64,000 nt of DNA. Source: the human T2T-CHM13v2.0 reference genome, Homo sapiens. The stretch lies in the NCBI RefSeq assembly GCF_009914755.1, contig NC_060935.1, one strand, 5' to 3'. Made by a program: the position numbers and the translations under genes. The notes beneath the pieces are model-generated. The model saw only the letters and a program-made list of their open reading frames with translations, was not told the DNA's origin and searched no databases. Shown piece by piece: positions 1 through 17,304 of this stretch. Every line of letters begins with the position of its first letter. Within the stretch, counting starts at the first letter, position 1.

Positions 1-967
1 AACCCAGGAGGCGGAGGCTGTAGTGAGCCAAGATTGTACCACTACACTCCAGCCTGGGTAACAGAGCGAGACTCCACCTAAAAAAAAAAAAAAAAAAAAA
101 GAGGTGATAGTGTATTCAAATGGAGGGTGAAAGAAATAAAACTACAGCATGCCAAAAGTTGGCATATTTAACTCTGAGCAGCCAGCTTTTAAGATATTCT
201 AGCTCCATGGATATAATTTAATTATTTGCTGCAGTAGAACCCACCTCCAAGACATATGTGAGTCTTAAATGGAAAGGGAAGAATTTAGATGGCAAAACAA
301 TCAAATATATATAGAAAAGAAAAACTAATGCCAGCCACCAAATAAATATATAGAGGTACAGCTATTCTATTCAGGGCTACATCTCTCAAATGACAAAAGA
401 CATGCTGTTATCATGATACTAGGCTCTGGAGGGAGGCAGGCAGGTCTTTTGAACCTCTCTGGAAGGGCATTTAAGCTTTCCTGCAAACAATTTATGCAGA
501 CACTAGTAAAAAGGACTGATGAAAAAAACAAACCCTAAACTAGTATTAAATATCAACTCAGAAACTGTGATCCTAAAAGAAAGTAATTATGTAAGAAAAG
601 GCCATCTTTAAAAAAAAAAAAGCCAATTTTAGAAAGAGCTAAAATTACTACATTAAATGAGTTTAATTAAAGTGGCATGATTCAGAAAATACAAAAGAAT
701 TTGTGATTAAGTCATATGAATGTCAAATTGAGCTTTCCCTTGGATGAGGATAAGCCCATTGTTCAAATCACTTTTTTAAACCTACTAATTAAAAGGCAAC
801 ATCACTGATGAAAGCTTTCAACTTTTTTGTCAACTTACTAAATATATTTTAAGCCAAAATAAGGTTTTCCCACGACAAAATGAAGGCATTTTTTGGTGTG
901 TAAAACACAACCTGCCTAGAAGTGTGGCACTATGATAGATGTATTTATAACCACTATGTTTACATAC

Positions 968-1086
968 CTTTGCTGAAATTGCTAATGTGCAGGCAATACC
1001 GAGTTCTCCACCTCCAACCACAGTAATTTTATTGACTGTTTTATTCTCATGATTTGCCCAGCTCTTTGAATTTGTATCTGAAACAC
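968..1086 (-). CDS. UEVLD: UEVLD exon 6 ([40 protein letters not shown]), start of the LDH-like domain, 119 nt
   Basis: ttctag| acceptor, AAG|gtatgt donor; Rossmann GxGxxG motif; cumulative 612 nt = 204 codons; gene continues beyond position 1. Confidence 0.95.
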
Positions 1087-1585
1087 CTAGAAAGAAAGGT
1101 GAATTATCCTGAGAATTCAAAAATATCAAGAATTTTTTTAGGATCTTTAAAAAAAATATATAGCAGGCTTCATAGCTTAGAGAGAAAATATGGTGCTAGT
1201 CCATAATGGGCAAAAAATACTACTGAACAAATGAATGCAAGGAAGGCAGACGTTTCCTATTAAATAGTCGACTAAATAGAAATTATCCTTCTAAAGAGAA
1301 TGTATCTTTCTAAACATTTTTAAAATATTGTATAAGACTCTAAAAAAGTAGGATTTCCATAATTCTGAAAAATATTCCAACTCATTGCTCTGGTCTACAA
1401 TAAAAAAATATGTCTAACACCTTACCAAATGTTTCAAACATAGGTATTTGCCTTTATTCTTGATGAGAATCATAGATATTCTGATCCAATATATTGAATA
1501 AGCCAACAAGCCACATATACATATCATGAAAAAAAGTTTGGGATCATTAATATACAGCAAGTGGTTTTGAACAAGAATTGTTTTA

Positions 1586-2559
<974 letters not shown>

Positions 2560-2992
2560 CTGTAGAATACACAAAAAACAGAAAAGTTACACAAAAATTT
2601 TGCTGAAGAATACTACCTTTGTTGAGGCAGGAGTATTACTTGAGCCCAGGAGTTTCAGATGCAGTGAGTTATGGTTGCACCACTATACTCCAGCTTGGGC
2701 AACAGAATGAGACTTCATCTCCAAACAAAACAAACAAAAAATCTTTTTTAACCTATACATTCTTTTAGAGTTAGTCAAAAAGAAGCATTCAATCATGTTC
2801 TCATTTTTCAAAAATCATCATACACATTATATGATACTTTTAACTGTTGTAATGCTTTTCATGAAAAATTACTGAATACTTTTAACTGAAAAATAAAGGA
2901 AGAAGAAATGCTAATTCAACATTTCCCAAAAGTAGAAAAATAGCATGAATATGCTTAATAGCCGAATACCTAGGTTTAGGAACTCTCCTTTT

Positions 2993-3260
2993 TTTAACTT
3001 TTCATTTTGAAATAATTTCAGACTTACAGAAAAGTTGCAAAAATAGTACATATACTCTTCACCTAGATTACTCAAATGTTAACATTTGATCACATTTGCT
3101 TGTTTAGTCTTTCTCTCTCTAGTTTTTCTGAACAAACTGAACAAGTAAACTGCAAACATGATGTCCTTTTACCCCTAAGTACTTTAATGTATATTTCCTA
3201 AAAGAAAAAGACATTCTCCTTTTAACCGTTATCAAATCAGAAAATTAACACTAATAGTAT
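2993..3260 (-). mobile_element. L1MC-like 3' end
   Basis: ttttgaaataatttcagacttacagaaaagttgcaaaaatagtaca motif. Confidence 0.6.
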
Positions 3261-4864
3261 CTAATCTGGTACTGTATTCTTTTAATGTAATTGGTTAAGC
3301 AACCTTGATGAAATTCACTAACCTTTCTGAGCTTCAGTGTCATCAGTAATACAAAGTGAATAATAAATCCCAAATGGTTGTTATGAGCAATAAATGAGTC
3401 AATGAATGCAAACTATACGCCGTGAGTGTAAAACAGATGTTTATTATTATTCCTGGGAATATTTAGTAGTATGCTCATTTAAAAAGTGCTTAATTTCTCA
3501 GAGTCTGAGTTTCACTATTTATAAAGTAAGAAGAGGCTATTAGGGCCAAGAATTCAAATACCTTTGGGGACCAAGCAGGTAACGTTAAATGTGTGAAGCT
3601 GGCAAGTACAAGAAAATCTGGAGAGACGGTTATTGTGGCAAATTGGAAACAGCATGCCAATAGGCATTCAAATTTACATTAAGAACAAAACAAAACAAGG
3701 TAAAACAAAACGAACTGTGCTGTTCAAACAAATTCCATAGGCCTAACGCGGCCCTCTGAATCTCTCAGAGAAATTGCAAACCCTGGCCTAGATGACCTCT
3801 AGATTCCTTCTAGCTCCAAAGTTCTATAAAATTATGCTACATAATTATAATTCCAACTGCATGTGGAACTTAAAGGTGCTGCAGTACTTTTAAATAGGGC
3901 AATTTAAATAATGTAATGTCTTTTTAAGACTAGTTTTAAGTGGGGGCACTGTGGCTCACACTTGTAATCCCATCACTTTGGGAGGCTGAGGTGGGAGGAT
4001 GCCTTGATCCCAGGAGTTCAATACCAGCCTGGACAACATAGGGAGATCCTGTCTGTACAAAAAATTTTAAAATTAGTAGTGGATGGTAGACCATGCTTGT
4101 AGTCCCAGCTACTCAGAAGGCTGAGGTGGGAAACTCACTTGAGCCCAGGAATTTGAGGGTACAGTGAGCTATGATTGTGCTACTGCACTCCAGCACGGGT
4201 GAAGACAGCATTACCCTGTCTCAAAAAAAGAGACTAGTTTTAGCTTATAATAAAGAGGCTCAGAACAGTAAAATAAAATCAGAACTGTCTAAACTAAAAT
4301 TAAACACAACTTTCACTAGATTATAAGACTATCCCCGAGGATTTATTAAACAAACAAAATTATGAAAAGAGATGCCAATGAAAACCAGAGAGAAGAAACA
4401 GGATACATGAATTCCTGCAACATGGTACAGATGTCAAAATACTACTCGAGGATAGTTTTGTTTTGTTTTGTTTAAAGAAGGGTGTAACAATGGATGGAGG
4501 AGAGAAACAGACAATTCAAAAAGGAAGAAACGTATGATTGATAAGTAAATGAAAATGATTTCAATTTCTCAAATAACCAAACAACTGAAAATTAAGAGTA
4601 AGATCCATTTTTGTCCTTCCAACTGACAAATTTTTATTATGCCCCATTCATCACATTTAACTGGCAATCTTATTTAAATCATCAGGTAATGCAAATAACA
4701 TAAATGTTCACAAAGTAAAATGTCAACTCCTACTACTGATAATCCGAAGTATGTCCTTTGTTTTTTCTATTTCTTTTTTCTTCTTTTTAAATGTTTTCTA
4801 TATAAAAATATAGAAAACCATAAAACAAAGTAAAATGCATCTACAATTATACACCTTTTTATAA

Positions 4865-5176
<312 letters not shown>

Positions 5177-6289
5177 TAGCCAAGATGGTCTCGATCTCCT
5201 GACCTCGTGATCCACCCGCCTCGGCCTACCAAAGTGCTGGGATTACAGCTGTGAGCCACTGCACCTGGCCTCATATAAACATATTATAAATTATCCTTTT
5301 ATACAGATTTTTAATTATTTACAAAAATGAGAGAATACTATACATCTGTCTAAACCAATGTATAGAAGATAAGCAAAGGTTTGTTTTAAGGATAATACCT
5401 TCTATTAGAGAAAAGGTACTGTAAAATAGGTACCCTCCTACACTGATTTCTACTGATTATAGAAATGTATCATTTTGTGTACCCTTTTGGAGGCCAATTT
5501 AGTAATATATAAGAAAATCTTGAAAATATTGAAAACCTTTGGACCAATAATTCTACTCCAAGAGATTTATCATTACGGAAGTATCAAAGATATATTAGAT
5601 ATATACAAACATTTACATTTAAAGATGTTCATCATTAAATGTCTTACGTTAGGGCAATTTGTAAATACAATACGCAATATCCTTATGCTGTCATCAGGTA
5701 ACCACTAAAACCATGTATTTTGAAAATGGTTTAACATGGAGAAATGCTCAATATAATGGTCAATGAAAAATGCAGAATACAAAATTACATAACATGAGGA
5801 CATAAAACAAATACTACAGTTATATAGATCAATGTGGATGACTTTTTAAAACTTAATATTGGTTAAAACAAAGCATGTCACAAAAGATTACATACAGTAT
5901 GATTCAACTTATATGAAAGTCAAAAACAGGCAAAACTACAAATAAATATAACATAAAAATCTGTAATAGGAAGGGACTTGGAAATAATGCCCCAATCACT
6001 TGCTAGTAGCTCCTCCTGTACTTTCTCAAGTGGGAAACGACTATAAAAAGACAGGGAGCAAACAGTTGGCTCCAAAACCTGGAGGGAGCAGCTTTGTACG
6101 GGCAGTTGTCATCAGGGTTCTGGGACTTGGGTAACCCTAGAGAGCTCAATTTCAAATTACTTCCAAAGACTACATGAAGAATATCATTGAAAGAAAATGC
6201 AGTATCATACTTATTTGTACCAGCAGAATCAATGATAGGTATTTAAAAAAAAAAAAAAGCTTTCTGTAGAAAATCCAAATTGATCTTAC

Positions 6290-6453
6290 ATGGCTCCAGT
6301 TTTGGAGATAGGGCAAATATATTCTGCCTTGAGCATCCACATGTTTTCCGACTAAGATTCCCATATTTGCAGTTGGCTTCAAGAAGCAAATAGGGGGAGC
6401 GAAAGGGTGAGAATCCAAAATCCAGAAACGAATTGGTATGTTATATGTATTAC
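6290..6453 (-). CDS. UEVLD: UEVLD exon 4 ([27 protein letters not shown]...[13 protein letters not shown]), 164 nt
   Basis: aatag| acceptor, |gtaaga donor; UEV core; cumulative 357 nt = 119 codons. Confidence 0.96.
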
Positions 6454-7260
6454 CTATTTGAGACAAAAGAAACATATCTTCAAACAATAATAAAGCACAC
6501 ACATTATGATATAGCTAGGCGGCATTTTAAGAAATGAGTAGGCTGGGGTGGTGGCTGAAGCCTGTAATCCCAGCACTTTGGGATGCTGAGGTGAGCAGAT
6601 TGCATGAGCCCAGGAGTTTCAGACCAGCCTAGGCAACATGGAGGAACCCCATCTCTACAAAAAATTTTAAAATTAGCTGGGTGTGGTGGCACACACCTAT
6701 AGTCCCAGTTACTGGGGAGGCTGAGATGGGCAGATGACTTGAGCCTGGCAGGTGAAGTTTGCAGTAAGCCATGATTGTGTCACTGCACTCCAGCCTGGGT
6801 TACGGAGTAAGACACTGTTTCAAAAAAAAAAAAAAAAAAAAGAAAAGAAATGAGCAGTCTAGTCAGGTTTACATATAAAGGATTAATGTTAATCAAGGCC
6901 TATTCCCCCCCATTTCATCCACATTCACATTGGAAATATGTTCCTATTAGATCACTGGTATAACATTTGAGTAAGTTTAATTAAAACAATGGCCAAATCA
7001 TCCACCCTGCCTCTCAAAAAAAAAAAAAAAATCAAATTTTCAAAAATGTTTACTAATATAGCCAGAGTGGCAGCCCAAATCCTGATGGAGTCACTTCCTA
7101 CATTAATCACTACACATTAAAGAAAAGGAAAGAAATGTCTATTGAAGGCCGGGCGTGGTGGCTCACACCTGTAATCCCAGCACTTTCAAGGTGGGTTGAC
7201 CACTTGAGGTCAGGAGTTTGAGACCAGCCTGACCAACATGATGAAACCCCATCTCCACTA

Positions 7261-7448
<188 letters not shown>

Positions 7449-8570
7449 CTATTGAAGGTATTCCCCTGGTTGATCAAGGATCTGCCTCCACCAATGCCCC
7501 TCCCCAGCAGTATTCTTGCATTTTAACAGCCCATGACTGGCAAAGCACCTGGTGACTCAGATTCCTGTGTCTAAACGTTAAGATTTCACCACTAGTTCAC
7601 TAGTCTCTTCTTCCTTCCCTCTTTCCTATCAGCAAATACCTTGACTCCTACCCTGCACATCTAGCTTTTAGTAATTCAGCACTGAAGAGTCCGAACTCCT
7701 GGCACAAAGTCCTCAGATTTAAAGGAATTATATCATAAGAACATAACTTAAGTTGGATGTAAACAAAGTTTAGATAGGTGTGATCTTAAGATGATACATT
7801 GGTAGGCCAAAATGGGAGGACAGCTTGAGTCCAGGACTTCAAGACCAGCCTGGGCAACAATGCAAGACCCTGGTGTGGTAGCACATATCTGTAGTCCTAG
7901 CCACTCAGGAGGCTGAGGCAGGAAGAATGCTTGAGCCCAGAAATTTGAGGTTACAGTTAGCTATGATCACACCACTGTACTCTAGCCTAGGCAACAGAGC
8001 AACACCCTCTCTCTTAAAAGAAAAAGAACAGCCCAGGAGTGATGGCTCACGTCTGTAATCCCAGCACTTTGGGAGGCCAAGGCGGACAGATCACGAGATC
8101 AGGAGATCAAGACCATCCTGGCTAACACGGTGAAACCCCATCTCTACTAAAAATACAAAAAATTAGCCAGGTGTGGTGGCGGGCACCTGTAGTCCCAGCT
8201 CCTCAGGAGGCTGAGGCAGGAGAATGGCATGAAACTGGGAGGTGGCGTTTGCAGTGAGCCGAGATCGCGCCACTGCACTCCAGCCTGGGCGACAGTGCGA
8301 GACTCCGTCTCAAAAAAAAAGTAAAAGAAAAAAAGATTACATACATCTCTAAAAAATGAGTGTTTGAAGAAAAAGTATCATTATAACTTAACACAATGTT
8401 GGCTGTATAAGAAATAATACCAAAAATTTCTAGAGGTAAACATAAGGTAATATTAACAGAAGTTCCATGCAGATGGGAGGATAGATATAGGCTTCACTTC
8501 ATCCCTTCCCAAATGTTTAAATTTTTTTTAGCATAAGCATGTATAATCATTACACTAATAAAACTAGTTA

Positions 8571-8960
<390 letters not shown>

Positions 8961-9858
8961 CTATGCCCAGAGCTTTACTTACTGTAATTCATTTAAGCCT
9001 TACAACTCTGAGGTGGGCTCTACTATTGGCCCATTTTACAGATGAGAAAGATAATATACATTCTGACCTTCTGATCAGCAGGAAATAATTAGTGTGCATT
9101 CACACTGAGTTGATATAATTCCAAAGCAAAGGAAAAGTGTAATGCAGGAAAAAAAGGTGGGGGGAGCACCTGAGGAAGACCCCAGCATAAGAATCAATGA
9201 CATAACTCAATGACTGCAGGACAGGCATAGTGCCAATCAGCGGGATTTTACCAATGGTATTAAGATAACCTTTCTGCCCTCATGTTACCGCCCTACTCTG
9301 TATTAGAAACCGAAATGCTACTAAGCAGTAATTCATTTAAATTCACAAGCTCCTCTGTTAATATGCAACTACCCTTGAAAACACTGGGGTGGGTTAAGAA
9401 TTAGCCTTTATCTCTCAGAATGAATCACCTTAATCAGTTTCCTTCCCTCTTCCTCTCCCTTCCTCCTTTCCCTAATACCCTTCCCTTCCCTTTCTTTTCA
9501 ACGTCTAACCAAGATAAATTCAGAATACAACTTAAGGGGAACAGGTCTGAGTAAAATTCTCTACACAGCCAGGAAACAGTCTAAAAGCTTGGCAGGGAAG
9601 ACCAAGGAAAGAAAAGAAAAATCAACTCTATGCCTGTTCTGCCTACTTCACTCTGCAATCTCTGCATGGATCCCATGGCTAGCTGCATTCATCTCCATCC
9701 ATTCTCCTATGCATAAAAACAAAATGAATTCCTACACATTTCCTGAGTGCCTACTATTGCAAAAGGAGGTATCATGGTGGGACATACACAGAAGCAGAAC
9801 AAAACATGAGTGCATCTCTAGCAACAAGTCATGACTGGGGGTGGGGAGTGGGGAATTA

Positions 9859-10008
9859 AGGGGGTTTGTGATAATCCAGGAGCTACCACAAAGAAGCACC
9901 TACTTTAAAAGAAGTCCCCGCAAATGCAGCTTCCTAGTGTCTTTTGGGCAATGTATTCTCATTGTACAATGCTGAACTCTTTTTAAGAGATCAAAGTTAC
10001 GCTGTTCT
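9859..10008 (+). repeat. Copy 1 of a 150-bp non-transposon direct repeat
   Basis: Aligns to 11055-11205 with 4 substitutions and 1 indel. Confidence 0.95.
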
Positions 10009-10227
10009 CTCCCTATTTGGTTTCCAGATCTTTCTCAGCCCCCCTTTCAGTGTATCTTCTGTTTCAAATGCCCCAGTAAGCCACTTATTCCTAAGCCCTT
10101 CAGTCAATAATCAAACTAACTCCACTGTTCAACAAATACCAAAAATGTCCTTTAAGCACATAACTGTATATTAGTGATTATGGATGTTATTTGTCCTGGG
10201 ATTATTTGCATTTCAAAAGAACAGTGA

Positions 10228-10464
<237 letters not shown>

Positions 10465-11054
10465 TAGGCCTCCCAAAGTGCTGGGATTACAGGCATGAGC
10501 CACCACACCCGGCAAGAACAGTGAATTTCTAATGGTGAAATTTCAGGCACCACTTCAGATAAATATTTGGAAACAAAGATTCACTGGTGTTCTTAAAATC
10601 ATACTATATATAAGCAACCTCTTGTGATTCTTATCTGAAAGGTTAGTCCTTGATGAACACAGGAGAAGTAGGTCTGGAAAAATGGGAAGAGTTAAGTGTA
10701 AGAAAAGTCAGTGATTTGTTTTCTTTTATTTTTGGGCAAACACTTAGCTATTCTAAACTGCTAGGTCACTCTAAAATGTGTTCCTTTCTTTGAGCTTTAA
10801 TGGCTTCTGTGTTGTAAAATTTTCCTATTGGAGTCTGAGTTTCAGGCTAACACTAGCTATGTGATCTTAGGTAAATCAGACCAGGCTAAGATTCAGTTTC
10901 ACCTATGGAATGGAGATAATGCTATATCACATAGAGAGGAAAGGAGGGGAACAAAATATAGGTGTAATGAAGAAAAAAGTAACTCTCCCCAAGGGCAGGC
11001 CTATGTCTGTCTTGCTTTCCTTTGTACCCTGGAGCCTTTCAGAGTAGTGGTAGT

Positions 11055-11205
11055 AGGGGGTTTGTGATAATCCAGGAGCTACCACAAAGAAGCACCTACT
11101 TTGAAAGAAGTCCCCCCAAAATACAGCTTCCTAGTGTCTTTTGGGCAATGTATTCTCATTGTACAATGCTGAACTCTTTTTAAGAGATCGAAGTTACGCT
11201 GTTCT
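11055..11205 (+). repeat. Copy 2 of the 150-bp direct repeat, embedded in an L2-like 3' tail
   Basis: Aligns to 9859-10008; flanks read as a continuous L2 end. Confidence 0.95.
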
Positions 11206-11423
11206 ATTTGATTTATCTAGTTGATAGTAAGTATTTGTTGAATTGAACTGAACTTGTTGACATTAATACAGGCCTTCCTTGACTGGAACAGATCCAGTAA
11301 GGTTCTGTATAGGTCATATATCTGCAATAATACTTTAAGAATGTTATGGCATAAACAAATTTAAGTTATTAAATGAACTGCTCTTTTAGAAAACTCACAC
11401 ATTTTTTCAACTTCCACACTTAC

Positions 11424-11489
11424 CCTGATACATCACAGGAATTGTGCCAGTAAAATTCAGCAGGTCTTTCTGAGAACTATCTTTAAAAA
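11424..11489 (-). CDS. UEVLD: UEVLD exon 3 ([23 protein letters not shown]), 66 nt
   Basis: Poly-T tract plus ctag| acceptor, |gtaagt donor; UEV motif GTIPV-Y-G; phase 1 to 1. Confidence 0.95.
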
Positions 11490-11908
11490 CTAGAAGAAAA
11501 AAAAAAAAGCCCCAAAATGTGCAATCAGAAACAGAAAGAACTGTAGTAAAGTATGTAAGTGTGCACATGTGTGTGCTCATGAATATACACACACAAATAC
11601 ACACACAATCTCTAAACATAATCTAGGAATCGGTAAATCTGTCAACAAGAGGAAATGACTAGATGTTGTTTACTTAGAAAGCAGTAAGGGTAGCTGAAAG
11701 AATACAGGACTTTGATACTGAAACCCCAAGTTCTAGGGCCACCTTCCCCACTTAGAGGAATGTGACTTTTGGTGACTTTAATCATCTTTGATCTTCAGTT
11801 TTATCATCTATAAAATAAAGATAATAAGACTGCCTTACAAAGTTGTCATAAGGATCAAATGAGAAAATTTGAAAACTTAAGAAGTACTATAATATGTGGG
11901 GCCATTAT

Positions 11909-13361
<1,453 letters not shown>

Positions 13362-13651
13362 TTATAGTCACTTTTAGAACCAGAAGAAAAACTGCCAGCA
13401 TTGCTTTCTAAAGCAAACTGTTAGATCAATAATTACCTTCTTTGGTTTCTCTAATTTCATTATTCTCAACCTCTTTTCAACATTCATATCTCTGAAAGTT
13501 CAACTTTCCCATCAGTAACTGGGACACACTGATAGAGAATCAACGCCCTAATCTCAGGATTGAGTACAGGAAACACTATCTCTGGTTTCAAACAATCAAA
13601 CTACCTTGGAGGGGGGCCTTTGGGCCCTCATGAATGAGACTAGTGTCTTCA

Positions 13652-14014
<363 letters not shown>

Positions 14015-14075
14015 TTACTATTAGGTGAACAGAATAACTAAAACTGTTAATGATTTAGAATCAACCATATACATA

Positions 14076-14632
14076 TGATAGGCCGAATAAAGGTCCTTTA
14101 AAGATGTCCATATCTAACCCTTGGAACCTGTGAATATGTCACCTTACTTGGCAAAGGGATTTTTTAGATGTGATTAGTGACTCTGATCACTTGGCTAGCC
14201 TTAAAAAAATTAAGGAGTCTGAGATGAAGAAATTATCCTGTATTACTGGGGTGGGTCTAATCTAATCACATTGGTCCTTAAAAGCAGAGAATCTTTCCCA
14301 GCTGTGGTCAGAGGGCGATTTGACTATAGAAGAATGGTTAGAGACATGCAACACTGCTGGCTCTGAAGATGGAGAAAGGAGACCAAGAGCCCAGGAATGT
14401 GGGTGACCTCTAGAAACTGAAAAAGGCAAGGAAACATTATCTCCCAGAGCCTCCAGAAACAAAGGCAGTTGACACCTGGATTTTAGCCAAGTCAAACCTC
14501 TAGTTTACTTTCTAAGCTATAGAAATTTGTGGTGGACTTCTTGCCTACAGAATTATAACACAGTAAACGTGTGTTTTTTAAAGCCACTAAGTTTGTGGTA
14601 GTTTGTTACAGCAGCAATAGAAAACTAATACA
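14076..14632 (+). mobile_element. MaLR solo LTR (MLT1D-like)
   Basis: ggaacctgtgaatatgtcacctta near the 5' end; 3' terminus aagccactaagtttgtggtagtttgttacagcagcaatagaaaactaataca. Confidence 0.8.
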
Positions 14633-14800
14633 AGATACATTGTATTAATTTAAGCTTTCTCAGAAATTGCAGGTCATAAAGTATAGCTGAAAATCAGAGG
14701 ATAAAAGAGAAAAAGAGAAATTACAATTTTGCAGCTCTTTAGGACCAAAAATTAGTAGTTCAAATAATGCAGCATTTAAACTAGAGGATATGATTCTTAC

Positions 14801-14885
14801 CATAGGTGTCCATGGAATATTTGAAATGTGGGAAAAATACATTTACATTCCTTAGTTCTTCCACAGTTAGGTCCCTGAACTTGTA
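14801..14885 (-). CDS. UEVLD: UEVLD exon 2 ([28 protein letters not shown]+G), 85 nt
   Basis: ttttcag| acceptor, |gtaaga donor; TSG101-like UEV sequence; phase 0 to 1. Confidence 0.95.
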
Positions 14886-15884
14886 CTGAAAAGAGAAAAA
14901 TAAGCATGGAGTAAGAATAAAGCTGTAAGCAAAAGAACAATTGCAGTTAACTTTTTTTTTTTGAGACGGAGTCTCACTCTGTTGCCCAGGCTGGAATGCA
15001 GTGGCGGGATCTCAGCTCACTGCAACCTCCGTCTCCTGGGTTTAAGTGATTCTCTTGCCTCAGCCTCCTGAGTTGCTGGGATTACAGGCGCACGCCACCA
15101 CGCCTGGCTAATTTTTTGTATTTTTAGTAGAGGCAGGGTTTTGCCATGTTGGTCAGGCTGGTCTCGAACTCCTGACCTCGTGATCTGCCTGCCTCGGCCT
15201 CCCAAAGTGCTGTGGTTACAGGCGTGAGCCACCACGCCCGGCCTGCAGTTAATATTTAACTGACAATTTACGGTGTGGTAGGCCCTGAGCTCTGCAAACA
15301 AGAATGGTATTTGATTTAATCTTTTTAACAACAACCCTACCAGGTAGGTAGGGCTTTACAACTGCTCTATAGGAGCAGGAGAAGAAAATGAAAGCTAGAG
15401 AATCAAAGTAACTTGCTGAGTCATATAGCAAGTTAAATAGTGAAGCCCGAGCTCAAATCCAGGACCAGAGTCTTTAATCTCTAAATCAAACTGCCTCCAA
15501 ATACCTCCAGACAGCTTAAATGATGAGGCAGAATGGATCACCCCTCTCACCACTATGCAGGATCCAACCGTCTTTTTGGCACGGCTCATTCACTTGAGAT
15601 ACCTCGACTTTCCCCTCCCACCTTCCTGGCACTGCATCCTGGGTTTCAAATGGAAAACAAAAGCATGCAAGTTTTGTAGTCAGGTGTGTGAACTGCCTCT
15701 TCATTTATCCAGATGTCTTCTCAGAGATACTGACTTGGTTGTCTTGTGGGCAAAATCATTTAAATTCTTTAAGCTTATTTTCTCATCTGCAAAAATAAAT
15801 AATACTTACCTCTTACACTAGTGGTTAGGTTTAAATGAAAGAAAATAAGTATATTAAGAGTTTACCATTCTGAAAATGGATTTG

Positions 15885-16900
15885 AGACAACAATTCCTTT
15901 TACAATGGTATCAAAAAGAATAAAATATTTAGGAATAAATTTAACAAGGTACAATACTTAGACTCTGAAAACTACAGAACATTGTTGAAAAAAATAAAAT
16001 AGACCAAAGTAAATGGAAAGCATCCCTTGTTCACGGACTTGAAGACTGTATTGTTAAGATGGCAATTTTCCTCAACAGATTCAACATAATCCCTATCAAA
16101 ATCCCAGCTGGCTTTTTTTTTTTTTTTTTTTTTTTGGCAAAGATTTACAGTCTCTAAAATTCATTTGGAAATTCGAGGGACCTAGAATAGCCAAAACGAT
16201 CAGGAAAAAGAACAAAACAGCTGGTGGATTCATACTATAATCAAAAGACAGGTTATCATCAAAAGGAGAAAATAACAAGTGTTGGAGAGGATGTAAAGAA
16301 ATCAGAACTCTCACACATACACCACTGCCAGTGGCAAAATGATGCAGCTGCTTTGGGAAACAGCCTGGTAGTTCTTCAAAAGACTAAATACAGAGTCAGG
16401 GTTACTACATGACTGAGCAATTAATTCCACTTCTAGGTATACACCCAAGAAAAATGAAAACGGGTACCTACACAAAAACTTGTATGCAATTGTTCATAGC
16501 AGCATTATTCATAATAGCCAAAAAGTGAAAACAATTCAAATGTCCATTAACTAATGAATGAATAAAATGTGGCATATCCATAAAATGAAATATTCAACCA
16601 CAAAAAGGAATAAAATGCTAATATATGCTACAACATGGATGAACCTTAAAAACACTATGCTAAGTGAAAGAAACTAGACACAGGAAGTGCCTGCCTCTGG
16701 TCTTGGACAAAGACTGTGCTTCCCAGAAAAAAAAAAAAAAGAAAAATTAAAAATAAAAGAAATGAGACACAAAGGCTATATATTTTATGATTCCATGTAT
16801 ATGCAATATCTCCAACTGGCAAATACATAGAAACACAAAGTAGACTAGTGGAAACCTAGGATTGTGGGAGTTTGGGAGAAAATGGAAGAGGATTGCTAGT
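15885..16900 (+). mobile_element. Ancient L1 (L1MB-like) ORF2 end and 3'UTR fragment
   Basis: L1 motifs aaaatatttaggaataaatttaac, gttcatagcagcattattcataatagccaaaaag, atgctacaacatggatgaacctt. Confidence 0.8.
16683..16755 (+). mobile_element. Short retroposed insert: 44-nt hairpin body plus A-tail, source unidentified
   Basis: Interrupts L1; TSD AAAGAAACTAGACACA 16667-16682 versus AAAGAAATGAGACACA 16756-16771. Confidence 0.75.
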
Positions 16901-16920
16901 GGATCCTGTTTCCTCTCTCA

Positions 16921-17304
<384 letters not shown>

